Assembly: GCA_963663405.2 (NCBI GenBank)
Contig: CAXXSM010000073.1
Coordinates: forward strand, 1-64,000
DNA from: a bacterium
GTDB lineage: Bacteria > Hinthialibacterota > Hinthialibacteria > Hinthialibacterales > Hinthialibacteraceae
Length of the DNA stretch: 64,000 bases
Direction of reading: 5' to 3'
The notes under the pieces are model-generated. The model did not search any database, was not told the origin of the DNA, and was given only the letters and a program-made list of their open reading frames with translations. Positions 39,607-50,119 of this stretch are shown here, piece by piece (position 1 is the first letter of the stretch; each line of letters starts with the position of its first letter). The translations under genes were made by a program, and so were the position numbers.

Positions 39607-42024
39607 ATGAAACGAATAATACGCAAGGGAGAATCAGCATTGGATTCACGAATCAGGAAAATTGTAACGGTTTGTTTTATATTTTTGTTCATCGTTGGTT
39701 TTTCCATTCCCCTATCCGCCACTGATTCAGATTCGAACCGTCTGCCTTTAGAACCACAAGTCGCTTTGCTGATCGACGCGGGCGCGAATTCGATTATCAA
39801 TTTCGGCGATGGGATTCTGCTGCAAGGTTCCGCGGTCGGTGGAACAGGAAATTATAGTTTCTTCTGGTCGATATTATCCGGTCCGGATCGTTCAAACCAG
39901 CAGTTTACATTAACTACCCATCCCAATCCTTATTTTCTCCCATTTAAGATTGGTGTTTATACCTTGAAACTCAATGTTTCTGATGGAGTGACCAATCTCA
40001 GCGATACAGTGACGATCATTGTAACGGGAATAAACGATGTTGTGGTCTCCCAGGGCCTGGGAGGGCAGACGTTGGTGAATTATCGTAATTTAAATCCCGA
40101 TCAAGGGCCTGTTACATCGATTCTCCGTTCCTTTCGTGGTTGTGGCGGCGCATTCTTGGAAGCGGTCGGCGGGGGGATTGGGCGTATTACCTATGTTTCC
40201 ACCGGTGATGTTAACGGTGATAGTATTCCTGATACGGTTGTGTCGTTCGGTCCCGTCACGGCGGCGGGCGCTGTTTATCCAAACATCATCGTCGTTCGGG
40301 ATGGATTGACTTCCGCTGTGGTGGGGCATAGTTTTCAAGCGTTTCCTACGGGATCGGGGAGTCCTGTGAATTATAACTGGGGTGAAGTGCGAACCGCTGT
40401 AGGCGATTTCAGCGGCGTTGGAAGCGTACAAATCGCGGCCGCGCAGGGATACGGTGGAGACGCCGTTGTCCGGTTGTTCGAATATACGGGCGATCCCGCG
40501 CCAAATGGATGGCAAGTCGTAGGACAGTTCAACGGGTTGGTAGGAAACGCGCAAACAAATAACGCCAAGGGTGGAATCACGCTTGCGGCGGGGGATTTGG
40601 ATGGTGATGGAGATGATGAACTGCTGGTTGGACAGACTAACAGCGGCACATCACAGACGATCTTTCATGTGTTGGATATCCAATCCCATCAAGTCGTAGC
40701 CCGGTATCCCTACGCGGGATTCCAAGAAAAGTACCGGGGCAATGGAGGCGTTGAGTTGGCCGCAATTGATCTTAACGGTGATGGCCGCGACGAGATCCTC
40801 GCCGCCAGCCAAGGGAATGACCGCAACCATGAGGATCAGCGCGACGATGCGCCGATCAACGTGATCAGCGTCATAGAACCTGTTCTGAATGATGGACATC
40901 TCACCGGATTCACCCGCCCTTTACGCAGTGTCATTACAGTATGGAATGAGGATATTAATCCTTCCGGATCGGTTAGTCTAACACGGGCGGAATTGAATGG
41001 CGATCCGACGGATGGCGATGAATTGGTTGTAGGAACAGGGAGTATCGTTTCGGTCAGCGGTACTACTGTATCGGCGAAAGAATTACCTCTGGAATCCCGG
41101 TATCGTTTAATCAAAATCAATTACAGCCCCGGCGCTGTAAATGGTGTCTCGAATGTTATTGGCAGCAATCGAGGGTATATCGCGTATATGGGTGAGACGA
41201 ATCCGAGCAGCGGCTCTATCTATGTGGCTTCCATGAATCCCGCCGCATTAGTGCCGGATGAGCGCGACCGGCCATCGCCAACGCCAACGTTTACACCGCT
41301 TCCGACGGGAACGCCGACCATTACGCCGACCCCGACGCCCACGGCTACATCAACGCCGACACCGACCGCGACCCCGACGCCACTCACGATTGGACAGTGG
41401 GATTTCTCGTATAATTTGGATTCAACCTTTGCGGGTGGTTTTCCCTTGATTCCCAAAGCTGTCGCGCCCGCTGAGACACCTGCGGTGAGCTACATTGAAA
41501 GGACTATCGATCAAGAAAGAGGGACTGTCGCGAATATCAAGCGGGGCACCTATTTCGAGTTGACACACGGATTTGCTCCCAATGGCGGTGGACAAAACGT
41601 CAACCAATATACTTTAGTAATGGATTTCATGCTCTATGAGAATCCCGCGGGCTTTGTTTCCATCTTTCAGGCCGATCCACTTAACAGCAACAACAACGGG
41701 CAGTTGTTCGTCAGTCAGAATGGGATTGGATTCGGTCAGAATTTTGGAGGAACGATTCAAACCATGCGCTGGTATAGGATCGCGTTAGTCGTGAACGCGC
41801 CGGGTGGGTATTTATTATGCTATATTAACGGAGAGAAAGAACTGACGGTCCAATCCGTTGCGATCGATGGCCCCTGGTCATTGGAATCGACCGCCTTGCT
41901 CTTTGCGGATAATAATGAGCTGAACGCAAGTCTTTATGTCAATAGCGTTCAAATTAGAGATCACCTCCTTGATTCCGACTCCATCCGAGCGCTGGGAGGC
42001 CCCCAAGCGGCGGGAATTCCATAA
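39607..42024 (+). CDS. Secreted surface protein: PKD-like + FG-GAP-like repeats + Pro/Thr linker + LamG-like domain
   Basis: YTLKLNVSDG; GDVNGD, GDLDGDGDDE, DLNGDGRDE loops; PTPTxTP tract; NQYTLVMD...WYRIAL. Confidence 0.78.
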   Translation: MKRIIRKGESALDSRIRKIVTVCFIFLFIVGFSIPLSATDSDSNRLPLEPQVALLIDAGANSIINFGDGILLQGSAVGGTGNYSFFWSILSGPDRSNQQFTLTTHPNPYFLPFKIGVYTLKLNVSDGVTNLSDTVTIIVTGINDVVVSQGLGGQTLVNYRNLNPDQGPVTSILRSFRGCGGAFLEAVGGGIGRITYVSTGDVNGDSIPDTVVSFGPVTAAGAVYPNIIVVRDGLTSAVVGHSFQAFPTGSGSPVNYNWGEVRTAVGDFSGVGSVQIAAAQGYGGDAVVRLFEYTGDPAPNGWQVVGQFNGLVGNAQTNNAKGGITLAAGDLDGDGDDELLVGQTNSGTSQTIFHVLDIQSHQVVARYPYAGFQEKYRGNGGVELAAIDLNGDGRDEILAASQGNDRNHEDQRDDAPINVISVIEPVLNDGHLTGFTRPLRSVITVWNEDINPSGSVSLTRAELNGDPTDGDELVVGTGSIVSVSGTTVSAKELPLESRYRLIKINYSPGAVNGVSNVIGSNRGYIAYMGETNPSSGSIYVASMNPAALVPDERDRPSPTPTFTPLPTGTPTITPTPTPTATSTPTPTATPTPLTIGQWDFSYNLDSTFAGGFPLIPKAVAPAETPAVSYIERTIDQERGTVANIKRGTYFELTHGFAPNGGGQNVNQYTLVMDFMLYENPAGFVSIFQADPLNSNNNGQLFVSQNGIGFGQNFGGTIQTMRWYRIALVVNAPGGYLLCYINGEKELTVQSVAIDGPWSLESTALLFADNNELNASLYVNSVQIRDHLLDSDSIRALGGPQAAGIP

Positions 42025-42046
42025 ATCGCAGGAAAGCGCTGACGAT

Positions 42047-42526
42047 ATGAATATAGATTCAATCAATATGTACGCCCGTGAAGTGACCGATCCAGCGACA
42101 CGGATGAACGTCGCCGTGGGAGCGATTGTAACGGACGCGGCGGGCAGGATACTGTTGGAACAACGCAGCGATAATGGAATGTGGGGGATTCCTGGTGGAA
42201 TGATGGATGTGGGAGAGACGATCCTTGAAGCGGGAATTCGTGAAGTGAAAGAAGAGACCGGGCTTGATGTAAGGATTACCGGCTTACTCGGTGTCTATTC
42301 TGACCCCACTGATGGATGCGTCGTGAACTATCCAAAAGCCCCTCATCCCTGGCATATCATCACCATCGCGTTGATCGCCGAAATCATAGGCGGAGAATTA
42401 ACGATCAGTGATGAAAGTCTCACGTTAAGATTCTTTGAACCGGACGCTTTGCCGGACGAGATTATCCCTCCATTACTCCGCCCGGTAGATGATTTTGTGC
42501 GGGGGCGGAGGAATGTGATTCGGTAG
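42047..42526 (+). CDS. NUDIX hydrolase
   Basis: Nudix box GGMMDVGETILEAGIREVKEETGL. Confidence 0.92.
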   Translation: MNIDSINMYAREVTDPATRMNVAVGAIVTDAAGRILLEQRSDNGMWGIPGGMMDVGETILEAGIREVKEETGLDVRITGLLGVYSDPTDGCVVNYPKAPHPWHIITIALIAEIIGGELTISDESLTLRFFEPDALPDEIIPPLLRPVDDFVRGRRNVIR

Positions 42527-42685
42527 TACACAAAAATGGAGATGTATTTTTCTGGAGAGAAGGATTAGAAGAATAAACTTATGGTATTCTAATTGATCAG
42601 CGGCCAGAAATGTAGGATTTCTCCCTCGTTATGCGGCGCTTGCTAGGAGTATATGTTAACAGTTCGATTTTACTGTTTCATCCTA

Positions 42686-43051
42686 TTAACTCACAGGTAA
42701 ATACAGGATAAGGTCTTGATATTCATGTGGGGCTGATGCTTCCCAAATCAAGATGAGTTCTTCGACAGTTTCACCAATACTCATGTTGGGATTGAGTTCC
42801 AATATGCCTGGAATATGTCTTCCTTTCGCAAGATGATCGGCGAGATGTTCCGGCATTGATTTGCGATTATTGGTAACCAGAGAGAATCCATTGTCCTCAC
42901 ACCAGTCTAAGATATCCGGATCTTTTGCGCCTACTGAGGGGACACCAGGATCGCCAATCTTCCATGCGATGATCGCCGAATTTTTCTGCAATAACGCTCT
43001 TCGAAACGCGGAATCAACGTTCTCATCAAATAAGTACCGAATCTCATTCAT
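42686..43051 (-). CDS. DUF5615 PIN-like toxin
   Basis: YLFDENV...D..IL.W...LVTNNR...H..GI; overlaps the DUF433 gene. Confidence 0.8.
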   Translation of the reverse strand: MNEIRYLFDENVDSAFRRALLQKNSAIIAWKIGDPGVPSVGAKDPDILDWCEDNGFSLVTNNRKSMPEHLADHLAKGRHIPGILELNPNMSIGETVEELILIWEASAPHEYQDLILYLPVS

Positions 43052-43383
43052 ACAATGGATGACCTCTGGTGTTGTCGTTGTTGTTTAAGATGACGGAGTC
43101 TAACAACAACTGGCGGAGGATTTCGAGCCTGATCTTCACGCATGCGTTGGCTAAATGCCAGCCATTCTGTCAGATATGCTTCAATACTCGACTTATTGTG
43201 AAGGTAATAGAGAATTGTGGCATACACTTGTTCAAGCGTGAGTGAGTGAAACCGTTTTACAATGGCTTCTGGGGATTGCTCTCGGTGGATATACTCATAC
43301 AGAATTGATTCAATCCCCACACGTGTCCCTTTTATGCGAATATCATCGGGGCCAAGATGATTAAAGTATTCTTCGATATTCAT
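43048..43383 (-). CDS. DUF433 antitoxin
   Basis: IRIKGTRVGIESIL...LTLEQVYATILYY. Confidence 0.88.
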   Translation of the reverse strand: MNIEEYFNHLGPDDIRIKGTRVGIESILYEYIHREQSPEAIVKRFHSLTLEQVYATILYYLHNKSSIEAYLTEWLAFSQRMREDQARNPPPVVVRLRHLKQQRQHQRSSIV

Positions 43384-43504
43384 GATTTAAACCTCGTCTC
43401 GTATTATGGATAAACAAAGCACACGCCTATAAACACAAGTGTAGTCTAACGCTTTAATCAACTACCCTACTCGACTATAGGTTTTCTGCTCTCGCGTGAT
43501 TTAA

Positions 43505-43726
43505 TCACGCAGCGTAACGGATGATCTCAAGTTCGGTTCCGCCTTCCACTTTCGCCAAGATTTCGTCGACCTTTTGTAGAACTATATCATCAATCAAATA
43601 TTCGGGACACTTGGCGCGTTGAAGAACGGGAAGGCCCTTAAGAATCACGATGGCCGTGTCGCTGATTTTGAAAGGTAAATCCGTTATTGCTGTTTTAAGT
43701 TCTCCACCGCATACGGAACATTTCAT
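43505..43726 (-). CDS. YgiT-type zinc-finger (MqsA-like) antitoxin, orphan
   Basis: MKCSVCGG...; second CxxC reads RAKC; ends IIRYAA. Confidence 0.75.
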   Translation of the reverse strand: MKCSVCGGELKTAITDLPFKISDTAIVILKGLPVLQRAKCPEYLIDDIVLQKVDEILAKVEGGTELEIIRYAA

Positions 43727-43753
43727 TGCTTAATCCTTAGCTCACTCCACTTG

Positions 43754-43999
43754 TCAGTCAGTTTGTTCTGGATGGCGCTTGCTGGCGTTCATGATTGTGA
43801 GACCGATAATTTCCCCTTGCTCGTAGCGAATAATCACATCATCATCAGTCAACTCGCTGTCATCCGCGTGACTTGGCTTTTTAAAATTTACATATAGCAC
43901 ATCCGCTTCAGCATCGTATGAAGACCAGAGATAACGCTTCGGCGAATGCTTCACTGCGGGGATTAAGCGCATGTATTCATCGACCATTATAGGGGCCAT
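43754..43999 (-). CDS. DUF2283 domain protein (putative antitoxin)
   Basis: SYDAEADVLYVNF...DDVIIRY...IIGLTIMNAS. Confidence 0.85.
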   Translation of the reverse strand: MAPIMVDEYMRLIPAVKHSPKRYLWSSYDAEADVLYVNFKKPSHADDSELTDDDVIIRYEQGEIIGLTIMNASKRHPEQTD

Positions 44000-44106
44000 A
44001 CTTGTTTCCTCCGGTTGAGCGAACTAACACGTCGAGTAAGAAAGGCCGTTATGATAAATCCATCTGGCGCCATTTCCCGATAAGGGACTACAAGATATTT
44101 TCCAGT
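43987..44106 (-). pseudogene. 3' remnant of the toxin gene partnering DUF2283
   Basis: Reads TGKYLVVPYREMAPDGFIITAFLT...KQVWPL* and overlaps the DUF2283 start; 5' part absent. Confidence 0.6.
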
Positions 44107-44108
44107 AT

Positions 44109-44141
44109 GTAGGATGGGCTAAAAGCGGAGCGTAGCCCATC
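44109..44141 (+). repeat. GTAG-type REP-like palindrome
   Basis: GTAG-GATGGGCTA...TAGCCCATC at the toxin truncation point. Confidence 0.65.
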
Positions 44142-44202
44142 ATTACATCGTGAGGTTGCATACGCATATTTGCTGGACTATTTGTTGAATTGCTTTTCAT
44201 AC

Positions 44203-44982
44203 TTAATCCTCATTTAGGGCACGAAGTATAAGCTCAGTCCACTTCAAGCAATCGAATACTAGAGGTTTTAGAATGGGCTTAGTACCGTGAACATCGCTCA
44301 TATTTGATCGCAAAGTCTGTATTACAAAAGCTCCCTGGTTCATAGCACCCTTAAAATTCTTACAGAATGACTTAATAACTTGTTCATTCCAACCAAGTTC
44401 TTGAAGTTGTTGCTCCATCTTGGTAATGATACCCATTGCGTCAAGAGAGCGTTTGCATTTCTCTTGATATGAAGCCTTAGTTGGCTCTCCAAGACCGGCT
44501 GTTGAATAAATCGCTGAGGTTGTCGCATCCAGTGCGCCACACATTGAAGAAATGGCGCCACTCAAATCACCGTCGCGTAGGCGTTGGGCTGCCTTTGTAA
44601 GATCCTCTTGAGATTCGGTTGGAAGTTCAGTAAGGATAGAAGGATCAAGAATCTTTATGGGTATGACAGCATTTCCACTAAGACACCATCCCAGGCGTGA
44701 AAGATTCTCCTCTAGTGATTTTCTTGAATCTGGTTTTCTTTTTAGCACTTCTTCGGTAATGACAGCAATAAAATGCTCATAAGACTCAAGTTCATGTAGA
44801 CCAGAGTCAATGCCTGTCATTAGTTGCCCTTTTGAAGCGCCTCCTTTAAATTTTTGCTCAAGGTGTTTGATGGATTCCAGATTAAAGCCAGCAAGCCCGA
44901 CGATTTGTTTTATCTCGTTGAAAGAGAAATCATTTTCCAAAGTAGATCTAAGAGCATTCCATGCTTTGTTTATATTTTCCAT
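44203..44982 (-). CDS. Abortive-infection (Abi C-terminal domain-like) protein
   Basis: GDLSGAI..., C-terminal TLRSNMSDVHG (R...HG) motif; AT-rich. Confidence 0.6.
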   Translation of the reverse strand: MENINKAWNALRSTLENDFSFNEIKQIVGLAGFNLESIKHLEQKFKGGASKGQLMTGIDSGLHELESYEHFIAVITEEVLKRKPDSRKSLEENLSRLGWCLSGNAVIPIKILDPSILTELPTESQEDLTKAAQRLRDGDLSGAISSMCGALDATTSAIYSTAGLGEPTKASYQEKCKRSLDAMGIITKMEQQLQELGWNEQVIKSFCKNFKGAMNQGAFVIQTLRSNMSDVHGTKPILKPLVFDCLKWTELILRALNED

Positions 44983-45041
44983 TTTGCCCTTTCGACGGGA
45001 GGCAAAGGCAAAGTTTTTTGTCTTTGAGGATTTCTTATTTA

Positions 45042-45443
45042 TTAATTCCCTGTATTCAACGCCGCGTAGATCATCCGTACCGCCACTATGATCAAGATGA
45101 ACGCGAAGAGAAATTGCAGCGTTTTATTTGACAATCGATCCGCCAGCGTCGCGCCGATATTCGCGCCGATCACTGCTGTGATGGAGATCGCCAAAGCCAG
45201 TTTGAGATCCACGTGGATATTTGGATTGACATGATAACGGAACGCGCCCATCAACGCCATTGGAATCATGACAGTCAGCGCGATTCCCTGCGCTTCCTTC
45301 TGAGAGACCGCTGTCAGCAGGCTGAGCGCGGGCACAACGATGATTCCCGCGCCCACACCAAATAAGGCACTGAACACACCCGCCAATAGACCAAGACTTA
45401 AATAAAACACCATCGAACCACCTGAAAATTCCGCCGGCATCAC
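45042..45443 (-). CDS. TauE/SafE (TSUP) family half-size transporter
   Basis: GLLAGVFSALFGVGAGIIVVP, AQGIAL; about 4 TM. Confidence 0.85.
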   Translation of the reverse strand: MMPAEFSGGSMVFYLSLGLLAGVFSALFGVGAGIIVVPALSLLTAVSQKEAQGIALTVMIPMALMGAFRYHVNPNIHVDLKLALAISITAVIGANIGATLADRLSNKTLQFLFAFILIIVAVRMIYAALNTGN

Positions 45444-45493
45444 TGCGCTCCTATTCTATTTTCTCTCATTCAAGATTTTCCACTCCAGCCGTC

Positions 45494-46216
45494 TTAAGGC
45501 GCTGGGGTGGGAATGGACGACCATATTTCGGGTTCTGTGTCACTGATTTCAAAATTCTCGAAACGGGCCCATCGATCTGCGCCGGCTTGTCCGCCTTGGG
45601 TGAACACGCCTGCGCGGGGTAGTGGGGAGAGTGGAAATTCCGCTTTGCCAACGAAGAATTTTCCATCATCACCCCAGCACGACGCGGATACAACGCCATC
45701 GTTGAAGACCGCCCCGATCCAGACACTCTTTTCTGACCAGGGGACTTTATTCACGACCTTGGCCTGCGCTTTGATTTCCACAACGTACACGACCCACATC
45801 TGCCCATCGACCATCTCTTTGACTAGTTTGATGTAATCGTCATCACCGTGATAGAGAATCAATCCCGCTTGTTCGTACTGTTCTTTATGGACGGCGTCGA
45901 CACAGACTATTACCGATTTCGTTCCTTCCAAGAGAGGCCGCACAAGGATATTTTTCGCGTCTTTGCCACCTCCCATAAGACCGCCCGGTTCAAGTTTGAT
46001 ATACAGCCCATTTTCATCACTGCGGCGCCCCGCTGGATTCTCCCGAATCCATTCCCACGGCGCGACAGGCGCCGCATGGAATGTGTCTTTGAAAGCGATC
46101 GCCGGTTCGCTCGAATCTTGACCGGCTGGTTTACACGCGCTGGAAAGAACAACAGCCAACGCCAACGCGACAAACCATACTATGTTCTGTTTCATGCGAT
46201 TCTGTCCGTTTTTCAT
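45494..46216 (-). CDS. Lipoprotein with DUF1349/concanavalin-like beta-sandwich
   Basis: LSSAC lipobox; WEWIRE, YEQAGLILY..DDDYIKL. Confidence 0.7.
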   Translation of the reverse strand: MKNGQNRMKQNIVWFVALALAVVLSSACKPAGQDSSEPAIAFKDTFHAAPVAPWEWIRENPAGRRSDENGLYIKLEPGGLMGGGKDAKNILVRPLLEGTKSVIVCVDAVHKEQYEQAGLILYHGDDDYIKLVKEMVDGQMWVVYVVEIKAQAKVVNKVPWSEKSVWIGAVFNDGVVSASCWGDDGKFFVGKAEFPLSPLPRAGVFTQGGQAGADRWARFENFEISDTEPEIWSSIPTPAP

Positions 46217-46466
46217 AATGAACCCCCTGCTTGGATAGGTTAGAAGTTGAATGGCGCTCAGTGGAACGTCCTTCGATAGCAAGCCTATACTACGAATCAG
46301 AGATGGTTTCAAATTGGCCTTATAAGAATCCTAATACAATCTTATCTTTGAGAGAAGGATTCATATTTGAAAATAGCAATTTACATCTGTGAAAGAACTG
46401 TGGAAAAGATTACAATGCCAACAGTTTTGAGACGCCTTCGATAAAAACAGGAAAAGCGAGGAACGA

Positions 46467-47591
46467 GTGATGACACCCAAAGAACGGATGATGCGCGCTC
46501 TGAATCTGGAAAAACCTGACCGTCTTCCTTGTTCGATACATCAGTGGCAGCAATACCATCTCGATACGTACATGAATGGCGTTGATCCATTGACTGCGTT
46601 TCAGCAGACAGGGATGGATGCGGCGATTCAATATTTTGAAGCGATGGGGCAGTTCTGGCTCCCTGACGCGGACGAGAACGTCCTGCAATCTCCGGATTGG
46701 CGCGAGACACTGACTGTCATCGATCCCAATCCAAAAAATAAAATCCTGCTTCACACGATCGAGACACCTGAGGGCCAGCTCACCTACAAAACCGGCAGTA
46801 ACAATATCACAACATGGGTAATGGAATACCTGGTCAACAAGCATGAGGACGTTGAATTGATTGATAAATACATGCCCGTCGCTAAGTTGAATCGTGAGGC
46901 TGTATCCCAAGCGTATGATGAAGTTGGCGACGTGGGAATCCTGCGCGGTTTTGTTTGGGGGGATCAGGCGGGATGCTGGCAGCACGCCTGTTGTCTCATG
47001 AAGCCGGAGGATCTAATCGTGGAAGCGCTGGAAAATCCTGATTGGGTCCATCATTTCATGCGCGTTCTCTTGGAAAAGAAACTGCGATTTATCGAAGAAT
47101 CCTTACAGGGCGCCCGGTTTGATTTGATCGAAACCGGAGGCGGCGCGTCAAGTGATACGCTGATCTCACCGAATCTCCACCGCGAATTCTGTCTCCCCTA
47201 TGACCGTGAAATGCACCGTGCTCTTCACGCCATTGGCCATAAAGTCACGTATCATACCTGCGGCGGTATGATGTTTATCCTCGATCTCATTGTCGAAAAT
47301 GAAACCGACGCGTCTGAAACCCTCTCCCCAGCGAAGATCGGCGGCAATATCCGCGAACCCGAAAAAGTCGCGGATGTCTTCGGAGGGAAAGTGGCGATGA
47401 TTGGCGGGATGGATCAGATGACATATCTGACGGATGGAACCCCTGAGCAGATTAAACAAGAAGTGTATCGCCTTTTCGAAGGCTTCGGCGCGAATGGAGG
47501 ATACATCCTCTCCGCCAGCGATCATTTCTTCGACGCTCCAATCGAGAACCTAAAAGCTTACGCGGACGCCGCGAAAGAGTGCCGTTATTAA
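46467..47591 (+). CDS. Uroporphyrinogen decarboxylase-fold protein
   Basis: MTPKERM...PDRLP; YHTCG; IGGMDQ; GGYILSASDH. Confidence 0.85.
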   Translation: MMTPKERMMRALNLEKPDRLPCSIHQWQQYHLDTYMNGVDPLTAFQQTGMDAAIQYFEAMGQFWLPDADENVLQSPDWRETLTVIDPNPKNKILLHTIETPEGQLTYKTGSNNITTWVMEYLVNKHEDVELIDKYMPVAKLNREAVSQAYDEVGDVGILRGFVWGDQAGCWQHACCLMKPEDLIVEALENPDWVHHFMRVLLEKKLRFIEESLQGARFDLIETGGGASSDTLISPNLHREFCLPYDREMHRALHAIGHKVTYHTCGGMMFILDLIVENETDASETLSPAKIGGNIREPEKVADVFGGKVAMIGGMDQMTYLTDGTPEQIKQEVYRLFEGFGANGGYILSASDHFFDAPIENLKAYADAAKECRY

Positions 47592-47596
47592 TCTAC

Positions 47597-48596
47597 CTAT
47601 TGGTTCCTTGTCTTATACTGATAAAAAAGCGCGTCACATACTCCGCAGGCTGACGATTGGTTTCGGAAAAACTCGGCCGCTTTTTTATCCTTCCAAATTG
47701 TGGCGATATTCACGTTAGAACGTGTCAGCGCGCCAATCGCAAAGTGGCGGGAGGTTGCAGCAGGGCGTACAGGTTCCATCCGTTGTGATGTAAAGGCCAT
47801 CATCGGTCCGGGGGCAGATTGTATCGCCATGAGCCGCTAAACGTTGAAACACGCTGGGCCGGTTCACGCTATGGACGCGGACACCACATTGTTTTCCAAA
47901 TGCAGAATATTCCTGGATTAATTGCTGTTCATGCTCCCAACTGGGGCGTTCAATCGCCGCGCCGGGATACATCTGCACACGCGCCAGATTGATCGAACGA
48001 ATGGAATATCGCCCCGCGAATTCAATGATTCGCTTTACATCTTCTTGATTCTCTTTGGTCACCATACATTGCAGAATCAGGGGAGTTTTCGAAACTAACT
48101 TTTTGTTCGAACTGTATTCAATAATATTATTTACAACCTTGGCGGATGGTGGATGGAGGGAATTTTTTCGTTCCGGCGCCGCTGTTGCGATGTCTGGCCA
48201 ACGATCGATAGAGATCGAAATGTTGGAAATGGAGAGTTTTTGGATATGTTCACGCCGGATTCGATCTAGGAGAATTCCATTGGTCGTGAATCGAACGCGG
48301 GCACGCGGCCAATACTGATTCGCATATTCAATGAACGTGAAGAAGTGGGGATGCAGCAGCGGTTCGCCCCATCCAGTCAACGTCAGCCACTTCGGAGCGG
48401 GATTCGTTGATACGATTTCATGAAAGAGGTTTACAGGGATATTATCCTGCGGAATTCTGCCATGCGTATGCGGGCAGATGGGGCATTTGAGATTGCAGGC
48501 GTTGGTCACTTCGATCTGAATCTCACGGGGATAAGCGCTTCGTCTTTTTATCAGCAGCCGGATAAATTTAGCCGCGTTATCAACAATCGATCGCAT
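47597..48596 (-). CDS. Radical SAM/SPASM-type protein with an apparent +1 frameshift near 47750
   Basis: CNLKCPIC; GWGEPLLH; after CTPCCNL the continuation RHFAIG...IW...CGVC lies in another frame. Confidence 0.75.
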
Positions 48597-48604
48597 CGTG
48601 TTCT

Positions 48605-50089
48605 TTATTCTCCCCTCCGGTTCTGCCTGTGTATGAATAAGTTCATTACAACACGCGCGTCGTTTTTAAGGAACGTCCACGAGCGATACGATTTCAGGCG
48701 GTAAAAGAATTGCGAAGGCCGTAGATAGAACCGCCGGTACGCATATCGGATCAATTTCCGCAACCTATCCGCGCTGAGATGCGGATACGAGATCATACTC
48801 TTCCGGAATGGATCGATCGCGTCGGAATCATCGATGAGGATATTCTTTTCTTTCGCCTGTTCGTAAAATGGTGTGCCTTTAAAAGGCGTCGCAATCGCGA
48901 ACATAACGTGATGAACTTTCAGGCGGATCAGTTCATCAACGGTCCGGATAATGTCTTCTTCCGTCTCCTCTTCCGAAGCCCCGAAGAGGATATTAATCTT
49001 CGGCTCCACCCCGTATCGTTGGAGCAATGGAACCGCTTCGTAAAAGGTCCGCAGATCGAGCCGTTTATCTATCAAATCCAATAGATGTTGTGAGAGGGTT
49101 TCAATCCCAATATCCACACTAATACAGCCCGATTTCGCAAGAGCGGCGACGATCTCTTCATCTCCTAAAAAATCGGGACGGCTCAGGCAGCCCCATTGCA
49201 GACCGAGTGATTGAATACCTTCGCAAATATTGAGCGTTCGTGTTTTTGATGCTAAAAATTGATCGTCCATGACCATGACCGATGGATAACCCGCTTCTTT
49301 GATTGTCTTGAACTCATCGATCACCCGTTCCGCCTTGGCGTAGACCGATTTCGGCTTTTGATTTGTGTGAGTGTTTCGGTATTCCAATTCTCTGGCGAAA
49401 CTGACCGAGTTCGGAACGCAGTAAGAACATGTGAACGGACAACCACGCGAGACCAGCATCGCAGCGACGGGTTGTTTGGGAAACTTGGCGTTCAAAAACT
49501 GTGAGGAGAGACGTTTCACAGTAGGATGAAAGTGAAACGTATGTGGGATTTCCTCAATAGGGATCGGCGCGAACGTATGGGGATGATGAACGATTTGATC
49601 GCCTTCAAAAAGTGATACCCCGTCTTTCCCACCGAATTGCAAATAGTTCAGGATGTTCTTCTCTGGTTCACCGCGAAAGATAAGAAGCCGCTCATTATAC
49701 GCCGCGTTTCCAACACTGGAAAGATATTCTTCCGGGACGCGTGTCGGTTCGGGGCCGTGGACGAGAATGGGCGCCTGGATTGTAGAGAGGATCTTTGGAA
49801 TGATTTCAATATCCGCCGGTTTGGCCAGGATCACTGAATGAAGAATCAACGCCTTGGGTTTTAATTCCGCAAGCCGGTTCAAGAATTGTTTATCAGTCAG
49901 ATTATCCAACGCCGCGTTGACAATTTCCGTTTGAAATCCATGTTTTTCCAAATAGGATAGCAGATATAAATTGGCTAAATCCGGCAATGGATACAGCATA
50001 TAACTGCATCCTGCGAACCGTTCGGGAATCAGGCTCCGATCGGACGCTGGGGGATCTATAAAGACAATAAGAGTATCCGTTTCACTCAT
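48605..50089 (-). CDS. Cobalamin-binding radical SAM protein
   Basis: N-terminal B12-binding-like domain; SRGCPFTCSYC; MDDQF; GIET; ATPFKGT. Confidence 0.85.
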   Translation of the reverse strand: MSETDTLIVFIDPPASDRSLIPERFAGCSYMLYPLPDLANLYLLSYLEKHGFQTEIVNAALDNLTDKQFLNRLAELKPKALILHSVILAKPADIEIIPKILSTIQAPILVHGPEPTRVPEEYLSSVGNAAYNERLLIFRGEPEKNILNYLQFGGKDGVSLFEGDQIVHHPHTFAPIPIEEIPHTFHFHPTVKRLSSQFLNAKFPKQPVAAMLVSRGCPFTCSYCVPNSVSFARELEYRNTHTNQKPKSVYAKAERVIDEFKTIKEAGYPSVMVMDDQFLASKTRTLNICEGIQSLGLQWGCLSRPDFLGDEEIVAALAKSGCISVDIGIETLSQHLLDLIDKRLDLRTFYEAVPLLQRYGVEPKINILFGASEEETEEDIIRTVDELIRLKVHHVMFAIATPFKGTPFYEQAKEKNILIDDSDAIDPFRKSMISYPHLSADRLRKLIRYAYRRFYLRPSQFFYRLKSYRSWTFLKNDARVVMNLFIHRQNRRGE

Positions 50090-50119
50090 TCAGTTTTCCT
50101 GGTGTAGTGGGGCGAGATT

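Noticed and set aside
41270-41390. Tandem DNA repeat or array
   Set aside because: Explained by the Pro/Thr codons of a protein linker
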